From assembly GCF_009914755.1 (NCBI RefSeq), contig NC_060931.1: 64,000 bases of DNA; one strand, given 5' to 3'. A model generated the notes under the pieces. The model had not been told where the DNA came from. It worked only from the letters and a program-made list of their open reading frames with translations, and searched no databases. Below, piece after piece: positions 40,079-55,818 of this stretch; position 1 is the stretch's first letter; each line of letters begins with the position of its first letter. This DNA comes from the human T2T-CHM13v2.0 reference genome, Homo sapiens. A program made the translations under genes and the position numbers.

Positions 40079-40431
40079 TAATATGGTTTGGCTGTGTCCC
40101 CACCCAAATCTCATCTTGAATTGTAGCTCCCATAATTCCCACGTGTTGTGGGAGGGACCCAGTGGGAGATAATTGAATCCTGGGGGCGGTTTCCCCCATA
40201 CTGTTCCCGTGGTAGTGAATAAGTCTCACAAGATCTGATGATTTTATAAGATGTTTCCCCTTTCACTTGGTTCTCTCATTCTCCCCTGCCTGCCACCATG
40301 TAAGACATGCCTTTCACCTTCTGCCATGATTGTGAGGCCGTCCAGCCACGTGGAACTGTGTGTCCATGAAACCTCTTTTTCTTTATAAATTAACCAGTCT
40401 TTGGTATGCAGTGTGAAAATGAACTGATAGA
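40079..40431 (+). mobile_element. THE1B-type MaLR solo LTR
   Basis: atatggtttggctgtgtccccacccaaatctcatcttgaattgtagctcccataattccc...; TSD gaaga at 40074-40078 and 40432-40436. Confidence 0.95.
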
Positions 40432-40489
40432 GAAGATAACCATATTCAGCAGTGTGAAAACAAACTGATAGAGAAGATAACCATATTCA
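40408..40489. repeat. 41-bp tandem duplication of THE1 3' end plus flank
   Basis: gcagtgtgaaaa(tg/ca)aactgatagagaagataaccatattca x2. Confidence 0.95.
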
Positions 40490-42181
40490 GCTACACAGTG
40501 TTAGTGGATTAACCATTAGTAGGTCATGGAAACAGGAGTTGAGGATATGATGGAGTGTGGGATAGAGAAACAGGTGTTTTGCTTGGAGATGGTCCTGCCC
40601 CCCATTCCCACTACGCTACCCACCACATTTAGAGAGCATAAGTCTTAGGTATGAAGTAGTATATTTTTGATACCAGAAGCAGCATAAAAGAGGAAACTGG
40701 AGCTTTTAACAGCCAGAAGCCATGTTACCCAAGAAATCGGAAAAACATGCTTGATGTTGTGCTCCACCCCACCATCCCCAAAATCATACCCTCTCCTTCC
40801 ATCCCAGAAGCAGCAAAAAGTGTGCTTACTCACAGATGATCAGTGATTTCTTTTATGCTGTAGAAATTCACTCACATGGCCTCCTCAAACTAATTTCCTA
40901 TATCCAAATAAAAAGAAAAAAATCAAGAATCAACATAAAAGTATTAAATAAGGAAAATCAACTCAACCAGTAAAACTTGGTGAAATATTTAAGTACATAA
41001 TAGATTAATAAATATATTAATAGATGCATAAAATACTTCAATAGATTCAAGAGGGTATTATATTTATTCTATAATCTTTAGTAAAAAGTATCAGTATTTA
41101 TAAATATAAATATAATTAGTGAAATTGAAAAGGACAAAAATAAACAAGCAAAAAACCTTCAACAAATGACCAAAATAGCCATATCAACTCCTTATAAATT
41201 GGTTAAGAAATATAAATTATGTGAAATGAGTAATAAAACAAGTAATTAAATAATAAAGCTAAATAAAGTGTCATGTGCGATGAATGTGACAGAGATTAAA
41301 ACCATGTAAAAAACTTTAAGAGATAAGGAGTAGCTCCTCTTGGGACATGATCTTGGAGCCTGTAGCCACAATGTAAGCCCAGCTACACAGAGGCTGTGAT
41401 GTGTAAAGAATGTGTGAAGAGATCACGTGGAGAGAGACAAAGATAGACAGAGCTGGGGAGAGAGGGCAGGAGACAGAGAGAGAGGGACAGACCAGTAGAG
41501 AGCTCAAGCTCAAGGAAGCCCAGAGTTCCAGCCTCTAGATGCGTGATGTGCCCCAGTCCAGACACCAGACATGGGAGTGAAGAAGCCTGAAAGACAGCCC
41601 TAGCCACCATCTCACTACAAAAGCATAAGAGACCCCAAGTGAGAACCACCTGGCTGAGCCCCACTGATCTGCAGATTCTAAGCAAGATATACAATGGTCA
41701 TCGTTTGAAGCCCCTGCATATGGATTGCTTGTCACAGAGCTGAAGACAGCCAGAGCAGACTTGCATACCTGGGAGTGGAGTGCTAATTCACAAAGCCCAA
41801 GACTTGTGAGTGAGATGGTGGCTCTGCAAGCAGGTAGCCTTCAAGGTTGGAAGAATACTGGTGGTGACAGGGGGATAAGGGCTGGGAGGAAAGTGAGGGA
41901 AATGTTGGAAGGTGAAGGAGACAAAAGGGCACCCTGTTAGTTAGTGGCAGAAACTCTACCAATATGGCCCCACACAGTGACATAGGAAAGAGTAAATGTA
42001 ATAAATAATCTGGGGAAATCTGGGAGACTTGTCAAAAGTGACAATTGGTGTATTTTGGCTATGTATGATTAAATGAGGATAAAGAGAGGAGTTGAAAAGA
42101 AAAGGCCACTTAATTTTCACGCAAAATTTATAGGAAAGACAAATAAGCCTCCAGGTCTCAGAAGTTTGAAAGTAAAGCTCA

Positions 42182-42577
<396 letters not shown>

Positions 42578-42908
42578 TCAGGAAGATCTAAGGTGGGCCT
42601 CATAGATCCTTTCAGAGAGACAGAAGAGCTTCTGAGACTTGAAAGTCCGGGCCTCTCAGATTCTGCTAGAAATAGGGCTTCTCAGAAGCTTAAGATCACA
42701 GTCTTACTGGGAGCCTCAAGTAGAGACAGGCTTATCTCAGAGATGTGTGGTTGCAGCCTTTGCGTAGTGGAAGGCACCCTCATCTCACAGGAGATCCCCA
42801 AAGTTCTTAAGAGAATTATTCTATGGAAACATGACCCACTTGGGCTAAAAGGAACAAAGATAGACACAATAAAATGATAACTATGGACCCCTGAACTGCC
42901 AGGAGTGG

Positions 42909-43498
42909 TGTGGTGGGCAGAATTTGAAGACGGCTGCCAAATCTCTGGGGGAAACACACCAACCTCCAGTTGTTTCATCCAATGTTAATCTAGGGACCAC
43001 TGTGAAGGGATTATGTGAATGTAATTAAGGTCCTGACTCATCTGACCTTGAGATGGGTAGATGATCAGGTGAGCCTGATTTGATCACACGAGTCTCTTAA
43101 AAGCAGGAGCTTCTCTCCAGCTGACGGCAGAAGAGGAAGTTGGAGGGATGCGCTCTGGTGAGCCTGGCAGAACGCCCATATCTGTGCTGCAAACTTCCCT
43201 CCAGGACCACTTGACAAGGAACCGTGGGCATCATTCAAGGAGCTGAGAGCTAATGGAAGAACAGACGCTTCAGCCCCACACCCGCGCAGAGATGAATTCT
43301 GCCAGCAACACTGCACTTGGAAGAGGACCCTGATCCCCCATGAGAACCTGGCCCTGGCCCCATGAGTCCCTGTGCAGAGAACCTGTCAGCCTGGGCCTGG
43401 ACTCAGGACCCAAGGAGACTGTGAGATAATAAATAGGTGTTGTTCTAAGCCACTAATTTGTTGTAATTTGTTCCAAAGCAGAAATTGGAATGAGGACA
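42909..43498 (+). mobile_element. MLT1E2/E3-type solo LTR nested in MLT1 internal region
   Basis: tgtggtgggcagaatt...taatctagggaccactgtgaagggatt...gagactgtgagataataaataggtgttgttctaagccactaa. Confidence 0.85.
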
Positions 43499-45155
43499 CT
43501 ATTCGGCTCCAGAAACGTGTCACTCCCTATGGAAGAAGAAGGGTTACTCCGAGCCCAGAGGGTGAAGCCAGAATGGGCCCTAGTCTGTGGACTGTGAGTG
43601 TCTGATGCATCTCCACGTGATATGGACCAGGAACTGCTGTGCCCACTCCCCCATTTCTCCCTTTTTCAGCTTGAGAGTTTATTGGGGCCATCTTATTTCT
43701 GCCCTGCAGTTGTAAGTTAAGTGAGTGAGGGACAGAGACACTGCCTCTTCTGTGGTTTTCGTTTCTCTCCAGATGGAGAGAAACTAGATCTGAGGAACCT
43801 CAAGCCAGAAACCTCACCTGTATCGCAAACTGATTCAGGCAATAATGAGGCTTTGGGGGAATTTGGCAGGGGTGGATACCATTTTCATGCGGGAGGAACG
43901 TACATGATTTGTGGCCAGATGTCTGACTCTGGTGACTTAAAATCCTGTCTGGAAATTCTCTAACATCCCACCCAATATGAGGTGGTCTCTGTCTCCTCCC
44001 TCAGCTCTAGAGGTTGGGGGGCCTCCTAACTGCTCCCAGATAGAAGAAATGGTGCTGTGTTTGAGGAGGCCACATCCCTGCCAGCTTCCCTTGTCACCCT
44101 CTTTCTCCTTTAGCCATGCAAGAAGCATCCCCAGTCTGAGTTCACCAAATGGAGAGGTTACCTGGGGTCCCTGGAGAGAGAGAGAGTAAGGAGGCCCCTC
44201 TACCTCAGCAGCCCTGAGCCTTCTTAATCCAGGATGAGAATGGGGGGTTAGGGTGACATTGAGAAGACCCTGACCCCCGCCACCGTCTTATGCAACAGCG
44301 AATGCAGAATGAAAACAGCCTCGCTGAGCCTTGCTAGGCCTCACACTCAAGAGCAAAATCAGTGATCTCTATTTTTTAAATGAAAAATCAAAGTCGAGGA
44401 GTGACAATTAGACAATTGAACTGTCACCTAAGAGGATTTCCAGCATATCGAAGACATGGAAGGGGAGGATCCCATTGAACAGGAGAAAGACCTACTGCTT
44501 AAACTGAAATGACATTCAAAGTGTAAGCCAAAAAAAAAAATTCAGGGGGACATGTTGAGCTATATTTCGGTGAGAATTCTGGTCTCTAAGGATAAAAGAA
44601 AACATCCTTTGCTCCCTGGCTCCATCAGGAACAAGGAGGCAGACAGGCTGTGCCATTCCTTCTTCACTGGCACCTGTTCCCATGCCACACCTCCGTCCTG
44701 AGCAGGTTTTGTTTACTGGGGGACATCATCAATTATTTTGGATAGGATATCATTGCAGAAATCTCCTTTCAGTCTTTGCATCTTCATTCATGCTTTAAAA
44801 ACAAGACAGGCTCAATCACTGGTAGAAAAATAGAGCAATAAGAAAATGAAAATTGGATAAAATTAATTTCCCTTATTGGAGGCACCTGGGCATGGCCACC
44901 AGGTTTTCCCCAGAAACGCTGGGAGAGGGTCTCTGCCCAGACCCCAGGCGAAGAGCAGAGCCAAACCTTCTCTGCATTGCATTTGCCTCCTTATCTCTCA
45001 GCTCTTTCCCTGTGGCTAAGCCTAGAGCCCCTCTGACTTCTCCCCCATTTGTGGGGCCTCAGGGGCTGGGCTTTCCTCTCCCTTTACTCCATTTCCTAAC
45101 TTTCTATCCTGTGTTATAGTAAAACTATGATAGGCGTAAGCAGATTTTATCTTAA

Positions 45156-45565
<410 letters not shown>

Positions 45566-46374
45566 TGAACCTTTACTCACTAAAGTGGTGGAAATAGATT
45601 GTTGCAATCCACAGAGAAGAATGCCTAACTGAAAGTGTTTAATAAAATAATCAAAACATTTGCTATTTCTTATAACAGAAAATGTGGATGAACCCATGGC
45701 TTTTAGTTCCGACGCAGACGCTGGCCTAATCCTTTTAAGAGATGATTTCCTGCTTCAAAGACCCCTCTTTGTTGCAAGGTAGCCACACAGATTTAGTCAT
45801 GGTGTCCCCATCCAGCTACATTCAAAGGGAGTTTTGTTTTTTTTCTGTAGAGAATAAGAGACACCTTCCCAGACCACCTGGGACCCTTACAAGGACCTGG
45901 GACAGGTGTCCTGTGCTAGCTGCAAGGAGCCAGCTCTTCCAGGAGAGGCCTCGGTGGACGAGAATAGCTATGAGTTGGCCAGCAACAGTGTCATTCAGAG
46001 ATAGAGAAACTCTCAGGATTGCTCACCGTCTCCTTCCCTGGAGTGCCAGCCAGCATGGTTCAGCCGCAGAAGAGAGAAATCAAAATACGTGGATTCAAAA
46101 ATTTTAAATCACTATCCCTGTGAGTTCTGCAATGCATAGTGTGCTACCCTGGGACCTGCTGGCCTGTGAGGGTATGACCAGCAGCCTGCATCCACCTAGG
46201 GGAACTTAGGGGAGCAACCTCCAGATCTGCACAGTTGGGAGAGCAGGCAAATGACAAACCATGAAGCAAAGACGCACACTTTGGGAGGAGTGGATGCTGG
46301 AAGAGGACTTCAGACACTGGCTCCTCAGAGCCATGCTGAAACAGGTATCCAGGAAGCCGTCTCCTTTTAGGTCA

Positions 46375-46725
<351 letters not shown>

Positions 46726-47647
46726 TAAAATCAATAGAGCCTAGAACAATCATGTTTATATGGACATTTTGAGAACGATAGTCTTTGTGAAGTTGTCTCA
46801 AAACTAACAGTCCCTCCATGTATGTAAGAAATTAAAACAAATGACCACAAAATTCTGTACAACCTCGAAGCTTTGATGAATTGGAGGCAGTTAGGAAATG
46901 CCCCAAAGTAGAAAACATACAAATATTTGTGTTTTTCCTGAACACATGAGTAATATAAAGGAATTCTCTTCACTTAAAAAGCAGTGGTCGTGCCTCGTCT
47001 GGTCTTCTTTTCTGGGAACTGCCCGCCATGCACACGGGTCTTTCCCATCTTCAGTTTGTGGCCTGTAACTCAAGGGAGTTGGTCTGTTTTCTGTCTGCTA
47101 AGTGAATTTGGTAATCACGAAGCCACAGCGGTTGTTTAATGAAATGTAGGTGAAAGAGCTTTGTACATTTGACAGTAATTACAAAAATATAAGTGCCTGT
47201 CACCAACCAAACTGCACTCAGCGTGCAATCGGAGCTCTGTGTGCCGAATCCCGTCTGGCTTTGTCCTGCTCTCAGCAATTTTTTAAAATTACGATCCCTC
47301 CTTGTAGCTGACTTGATACTTAGGTTTGATTCTCCTTCTTTCTTTTCCTACTAAATCCGCCATTCATGAAGCCCTTCCCACTGGGCTTCATAGCTGCCCT
47401 CTACCCCAGCCTACCTGGAGCTCTGTACGAGGTGCTGGGAATGGATCCAGATAACTCTGGTTCCAAAAGGATCTTTGCTTGTCTTGTCACAGCAGGGTCC
47501 AGGCCTCAGGATTTGGACTTCTGGCTCTCTGTTCCTCTCTTCAACTGCCAAAAAAACTACGTGTTCCCAGACAGAAGGCTAACCATGCACTTCTGTCACC
47601 CATTGACACTGCGCATGATAAACAGTCACCATGGCATTGTTAAGGAC

Positions 47648-47805
47648 ACAGTGGAATAAGATGCTGGATGAGCTCCCCACCAAAGCAGGTGAATCTCTAC
47701 TGCCTCCCAACTTGCAGCATGGATGGCTCACACAGGCCTGCTCACTTCTGTTTCCACTGCTGTAAAATGGATGAGCTGAATAAAATATTTCACAAAATCT
47801 CTAAT
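47648..47805 (+). mobile_element. MIR (MIR3-like)
   Basis: cagtggaataagatgctgga...tctgtttccactgctgtaaaatggatgagctg. Confidence 0.55.
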
Positions 47806-47945
47806 ACAACACTGACATGGCAAACAAAAATATAATTTCACTAGTTCCTGAGGGACCATAAGAGACCACATTTCAAGTTGCAAGAAATAAACATATTAGA
47901 AACACAGAAATGCACAAAATAAAACTGCTGGAATCTTTGGCTTTT

Positions 47946-48248
47946 TTATTTTTATTTATTTTTTTTAGGCAGAGTCTCACTCTGTCACCCATGCTGGAGT
48001 GCAGTGGCACAATATCGGCTCACTGCAACCTCTGTCTTCCCAGTTGAAGCAATTCTCTCCCTCAGCCTCCTGAGTAGCTGGGATTACAGGCCCCCACCAC
48101 CACACCCAGCTAATTATTTTGTACTTCTAGCAGAGATAGGGTTTCACTATCTTGGCCAGGCTGGTCTTGAATTCCTGACCTCAGGTGATCCACTGGCCTC
48201 CGCCTCCCAAAGTGCTGGGCTTACAGACATGAGCCACCGCACCTGGCT
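47946..48248 (-). mobile_element. AluSx
   Basis: full antisense dimer; TSD gaatctttg(g/a)ctttt. Confidence 0.95.
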
Positions 48249-48272
48249 GAATCTTTGACTTTTATAAGCAAC

Positions 48273-48728
48273 TGCATTCATTTACTAGGATTATCATTAA
48301 AAAAAAAAAAAAAAAAAAAAAACACACACTGAGTAGTAGCTTAAACAACAGAAATGTATTTCCTCCCATTCCTGGAGGCTGGAAGTATGAGATCAAGGTG
48401 TGGGCAGGGCCAGTTTCTGCTGAGGCCTCTCTCCTTAGCTTGTAGGTGGCCTTCCTCTCCGTGTCCTCACATAGTCTTCCTCTATGTGTGTGCGTGTGTG
48501 TGTGTGTGCGTGTGTGTGTGTGTGTGCAAGTATGTGTGTGTGTCTGTTCTAATCACTTCTTTTTATAAGGACACCAATTATTCTGGATTAGGGCCCACCC
48601 TAACAGCCTCATTTTAACTTAATTATCTCTTTGAAGACACTGTCTCTAAATACAGCCACATCCTGAGGTCCTAAGAGTTGGGGCTTCAACACACAAATTC
48701 TGGAGGAACACAATTCATCCGCCTCACA
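48273..48728 (-). mobile_element. MLT1B solo LTR with internal A-run and (TG)n expansion
   Basis: gcttaaacaacagaaatgtatt...tataaggacacca...ggattagggcccaccctaa...tttaacttaatta. Confidence 0.88.
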
Positions 48729-49019
48729 GTGACAATCTTTTGTTTTAGTGGAGTGTACAGGAAAAACCAAGAGCAACTTATGATTCAGGAAAAATATTTT
48801 TTTATCTCTATATAAAAAGTAAAAGCAAGCATTTATCCCTAGCAACAAACTGAGACATTCCAGTGGCCTTGATGCAATCAACTGGGAAAAGCTTTATTAA
48901 CTCCAGCCCCACAGATCAGAGGGAAAACATAATTCCCTTAAGCCTCAATCCTTAGCAATCATCTGCTTGCTCAGATGAGTCCCTGGTCACACCCTGGAGA
49001 GGGGAGAAATGCACCCAGG

Positions 49020-49520
49020 GTATAGATGGGAAGCACCTGCTGGAGGCTGGCCCTGCCCAGCACTGTCTGGGCACTGGAAATGCAGCAGGCATGAGAGAGA
49101 GGTGAAGTCCCCCTGTTCCTGAGACCTATACTCCAGGGTGGGGGCAGGAGCACAAACAAGAAAGGAGTAAATAAGTAACTTAACAACATAGTCCCAGGGA
49201 ACATCAATGGGATGGATGTAACAAAGTGACTGGGGGGGTCATAGGAGGAATCAGGAAAGGACTCAGTGACAGAGTGTCCAGGCAGAGGGAGGAGGAGGGA
49301 CAGGCTCCAGATCTTAGGAGCATGGAGTGCTCTCCAATAGGACAGCAAGGAAGATGGAAACCACTCAGGAGCTCAGGGGGTTCTATGGGAAACCACACCA
49401 TGGAGGGCTTCAAGAAAGGGGACAGTGTGATCTGAAAAAGAATAGCAAGGGAGCAAGAGCTTATGGAGAGGGCAGGGGGAGCTGGGGCAGAGGCCCAGAG
49501 AGGTCACAGGGAAGGGGCAG
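49020..49520 (-). mobile_element. L2a 3' fragment
   Basis: gcacctgct...cccagcactgtctgggcactggaaatgcagca...gtgtccaggcagaggga...gggacagtgtgatctga. Confidence 0.7.
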
Positions 49521-49734
49521 GGAGGGATGGAGGCTGTGCCTGCAGGGTCCACTCTGTACTCCTTACCACCGTCCAGGGTGTAAGAAAGACTTTGTGAGAA
49601 GACAACACAGATAAGTATGAAACAGTCATGTCACTATGAACTTATTCATGGCAACATCTGCAATTTTACCCTTGGCACTTCCTAAGAAAAGAGCATGCTC
49701 TCGTATCAGAGGCTGAGAGAGAATGAGAAAAATG

Positions 49735-49890
49735 TTCATTCAGGCCCATGCATTCATTGTGTTGGCCTACACAGATATTTTAATTTAAATTTGTTTCCAA
49801 AATTTACAAAAAAATTTAATGCCATCCCCAAATCTGCATCTCATGTTTCCCTTAAGGAATTGTAAGACTGCACAAGGCTGAGCATCAGGT
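49735..49890. mobile_element. MER102-like hAT fragment
   Basis: ttggcctacacag..ttaaatttgtttccaaaattt..aaatctgcatctcatgtttcccttaaggaattgtaaga. Confidence 0.5.
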
Positions 49891-49899
49891 GGGCCCTGC

Positions 49900-50460
49900 A
49901 GAGTGCGTCCCTATTTTCCAGGCTGCTGTAGGCATCACTGGGCTCCACGCAGGCTGCGGACCACCCTGAGCAGCCAGGCGGGCCTCCAGGCTGCATCCCT
50001 GCTCCACAGGATGCCCTCAGTCGTTCTGAGCATTCATGTGGCCCTGCAGCCTCTCCCAGTCTTTGGAAGGTCCTCTCAGTCACAGGGAGCAGTGCATGGT
50101 TCCTAGAGAGTACAACCTTGGCCTCCAGGCTGCTACGGGCCCTTCTCACCAGCACCTGCCTCCTGGCCTCCTTTGCTCTTTCAGCTGCCATTGACCTTAC
50201 CCAGCAGCAGGTCTTTGCTACCCACACCTGCTTGTGGCCTCCCACAGTGCCTTCCAAGCTGCTCCTGCCCTGCCGGCCATGTCCTGTTCCCCTTGCTGTG
50301 CAGGCTATGCTGAGCATGGGCATCTCCTGCCCACAGCACTCACTCTCTCCAGGCTCCTACTTTTTCTGCCAAGTCCCACAAGCCTTACACAAGGTGCACA
50401 GCTGCTTTGCAGGCGCTGCAAGCCACGCTCAGTAGTGTGTGGCTCATGTAGATGAGGTTC
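49900..50460 (+). mobile_element. GC-rich decayed L2 3' region
   Basis: acctgcctcctggcctcctttgct...ccaagctgctcctgccc...ccttgctgt...ctcagtagtgtgtggctcatgtagatgagg follows L2 3' order. Confidence 0.55.
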
Positions 50461-50706
50461 GTGTTCTTGGACTGCTGCATTCCCTGCTGAGCAGCATGCA
50501 TGTCCTGCAAGCATTATCCTTGTTCTCCCCATCACTGGACCAGTCAGGTCTTTGGGTTCCATCAGTGAGGCCAATTTTCAACGCCACTTCCAATGTTAGA
50601 GTTATGTGACGTCCTACATTGTTCTATTTCTCTGTCCCTTTTAACCATTTATTATACATACTTCATGTACATATTTTCATGAAGCTAATATAAAATTTAA
50701 AACAGT

Positions 50707-50986
<280 letters not shown>

Positions 50987-52379
50987 TTAAAACAGTAATA
51001 TTATTTAAGTTGTCCTAATAATTAATACAAATTACTTCAATACACATATGCTAAGGCAGCACATCAGTAATGAAGAAAATTTTCAAAATGGGGAAATGAT
51101 ACACAGTCAAAGGAAGGTTACAACAGAAAGTGCATGCAACTAGGTTAGCACAATGGGTAGAGGGATCATCAGTTTGTCTCAGCATTTTTGGAAAAGAAAA
51201 CAAAGAGTAAGCAAACAATTGCCTTTTCCATCAAAAGAAGAAGATAGAAAAAGATTGTTCAGCCTAAGCACAGACACAGAAGGAGATATTTCCAATGTGA
51301 CAAAAGGGGAAGCGTATATGATACACTTCACTTCAAAACACCTTGTCCTTAAACTGACATCCTTAGAAGAATGTAAATGACTCATCAGAGCCCACATGAT
51401 ACTGGCCTTTAATCTGAAAATGTCATCACCATTTACAGACGTTAACAAATGTTCATCTCTCCCTTGAGAAAATAATTCTAAGTTGAAAATGAATCACAGT
51501 TTTGGGTTTCAGTAAAGATATTATTGAATACTAACTACTAGTAAGCTCTCTGCTAAATCTTTTACATAGGTTATTTCAAGAGAAGCAGATACTATTGTTG
51601 TCCTAAATGAACAGGTATTAGAATCCAATACGTTTTCGAACGGTTCCATAATCCCAACCACAGAAGTATAAAGAAAGAAGCTTCTGTTTTAATTTAATCT
51701 GTTAACCATGGTGTCCATCTGCTTCACTACATAATAGATAATCTGTGGTGCTGCATCCAAAATTCAAAATATTGTAAATATTTTCGGTAATATGATTATT
51801 ATAAGCATTTCTAGTAGAATATATGGAAAAATATAGGTCTATAGGTTATGCTTGGGGGAAATAAATTCCTTCTCTGTCCATTTTGGTCCTTATTGAACTG
51901 AAACTGGGGGACAGATGACATTGCAAGGTCATTTTCTGACCTGATCCCTTCCTTGCAATAAGTCAGGTTTGAGCACAACTGTACATGTGATATTGCCCGG
52001 AAAGAAGGGACTTCCTAGAATAACACACATCTCAATAAGCCACTGCTTCCTAGAAATGAAGTAGCAGGCATCAAATTCCTCTATGGAGAGGCTCTTTGAT
52101 TCAGGTGGAACTCCACCCACCACGTCCTGCCACTGCACTATGCTAGATTTCACTGCACTACCAACTAATGTGAATAAACCACCTGTCCACTGTGTCACAC
52201 TGAAATTGTCTCTGGTTTAGCTCCCAACCTCACCCCTCCACCCGCTGCTGGACTGTGACGGTGAGCTTTCTGAAGACGGCCATGCATCTTTTCTTCTTTG
52301 TCTTCCATGCTTGGCTCAGGCCCAGCATGTGAGAGCTACACTATAAATAATCTGTAGAGCTTTACCAAACAAACAAAGA

Positions 52380-52560
52380 ATTATATGCCAGGCCCTAAGC
52401 TAGCTCATTACATAACATCCCCTCACTTTATTTCTCTCCAAGCATTCGGAAGAGGGCATTGTTAGCCGCCGGGTACAGATTTTAAACATGAGCACAAGTC
52501 ACATGTTTTATTGCTAATCAAATCACAAAACACAGATTCCAACTTAGGCCCATCTAAACA
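52380..52560 (-). mobile_element. MIR (preceded by L2 3' end ~52240-52370, + strand)
   Basis: tatgccaggccctaagctag...ttctctccaagcatt...gtcacatg. Confidence 0.5.
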
Positions 52561-54838
52561 TAACATTTTGGTTTTCTCTGGAAGAAAAGAAATTAATTTT
52601 TACTCAGTGGCCACAGGCTTAATACAAATTTAGCAAATCTCACTATGCTTACGTTTTTTTTCCCCTCATAGTGTTAAAGATGCATGAGCTTCCAGGACCC
52701 CAAATATGAGGTGACACTAGTTTCTACCCACCTGCAACCAAGATTCTGTATTCCTGCTGCTTGGGTTTTAAACCAGAATAGTGTGTTCACTGAAATTCTC
52801 ACTGTGCTTAATCCAACCTCACCTCCAGCAGAGGGAGGGAGACTGCCTCTCTGACTGCCTGTGGCACACTCTGCCCTTCGACACCCACCTCGTGAGTCCT
52901 CTGCCTCTTCTGCTCATAGGCTTGCTTCTGAAATGAGTTCCTTTGCCCCTGCAGCTTTCAACAGCAGCCCCTTTCTGCAGCAGGATGAGAACACTGAGAT
53001 ATCCTCATGTTCAGCCCATCCCAGGATTCTGCTGGGGGCACAGCTGCACAGAATTCTATCTACTTTGTCATTTCACTCTGTGAATAAAGGTCAATAAAGT
53101 ACAAATGCTTTGCCTCAGTGTCCATGGAACAGTTCAACAGCTGCGCCCAGAGACAGCCTGTTCTCAGCAGAGCTTCAAGTGGGGCCCTATCTGCCTTCTT
53201 GGAACAAAGTGGCCCTGAGTTTTGATTCAGGAATCAGAGTAGTATTTAAATGCACATGTGTAGGTTTATATTAACACATAAGTGCATAGAGCTTGAAAAT
53301 GGTAGTCCATTTATTTGAGCATTATGTTATTCTTCAGTGATTTTCTAACACTGACAAACACTTTTATTTGACATATTTAAAAGAGAATGTCCTTTATTTC
53401 CAGAGAAGAATGGGTGAATGTGGCTGGAAGATAGAAGAGGCACCTGCTGGAGTTTAAAGCATTTGCCATCCCGAGTTTACTACGTGACACTCCGTTTTTC
53501 TTTGGACGTTTTAAGGTTGCACTTGCAAAAAGTAATGGCAGGATACATCCATGTAATCAGTGCCAAAGGACACCCAGGAACTGGAGAAACTGCCGCGTCT
53601 TTGTTCTATTTTCTTTTTTCCACGCATTGACAAAATTTTAAAACTCATATTAAATAATGTGGACCTTGACTGTACAGTGACTGCATAAATATCAAAGCTA
53701 AACCACCAACATCCCAGCTCCTAACACCAAGAAAATTGTGCATCTCCATTTTGACCAATGTGTGCTTACAAGGAAAAAATGTTCTCACTGAAGTCAGAAT
53801 ATACTAGAGAAGATATTGGGGGTATTCAAGAATGTGACCAAATAGTCGCTATAGCTTAAGTATTATCCTCTGTGTAGTAACAAAGTCAAAACCAGGTGTC
53901 TAGGTGCATGTGTGTGTGCAGAGAGGAGAGACAGAGATTACACACTGGAACACACATCTGCACCCTTCTATTTCCCTCAGAGCAATGTGATGGCATGTTC
54001 ATCTGAACAAATTAATATTTCTACTATAATTGATTTGTTTGGTGGAAACACCAAGTTCACCTGCTAGTGGTGACTAAAAAGATGGAAAGACTTGAAGGAA
54101 GAGCAAAGGGTGAGATTGCATGTGCGGCATCTAAGGGGCATCTACACTGGAGCCAGCAGACCTGGCTCAGAACCCAAACTTTCATTCATTGCTCAAATCA
54201 CGCACCTATCTAAAAGAAAAAGGATAAGAGTCAGCATTTTGCTCATTCACAGGCTCATTCACATGCTGGCACGCAGTAAGCACACCAGAAATGGTAGCTA
54301 TTATTTTGTAAAGAGGGTAAGTTATGTGGAAAAGCTATGTGAAAAATAAGGCATCGTATAAGCAAATAGCAGGGTGTGACCAACATCAAAGCAGGAGGTG
54401 AGAAGGAAAAGACTTCCCAGGAAGATGCAAGTGCCACTCCATCTGAGTGTCGGGGACAAATCAAGAAATGTAAAGATGTTCCGTTATGCATCATATTTTG
54501 GCCCCCTTCTGTTGCCATCCCAGGTCACTTTTGATTAAACTTGGTTCAGATTTTCTTGCAAAAGTATCTAAGGTCTTCAAGCATTGCTTGGCTCAGCATC
54601 CATACTTGGGCTAGTTAGTGTCCAGGTACTTGAGACCTTCTGCTAACCAGCTTCTCCACACCACTTTGGCAAGATTGAGGCTTTGTGGGCCATCTCCCTA
54701 CATACATTACAAACTACAAATGGAGGTTTTATTTTTTAGTTTCTGCCAATCACACACAAAACATTTAATACATATTCGTGTAAAGGATGATGCAGTGAAT
54801 GACAAGGGCTTACTACATCACAAACACAAAATTAATTA

Positions 54839-55818
<980 letters not shown>

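Noticed and set aside
40408-40489. Direct repeats as a CRISPR-like array
   Set aside because: Two adjacent copies with no spacer in primate DNA; an ordinary tandem duplication.
50118-50435. Secreted-protein-like ORF or processed pseudogene
   Set aside because: TTG start, no recognisable homologue, no poly(A) or TSD, and the underlying sequence follows L2; kept only as a composition finding.
54253-54316. Possible 64-nt exon (cattcacAG|...AGG|GTAAGT)
   Set aside because: In decayed MIR-like context; such site pairs are frequent by chance and nothing else supports it.
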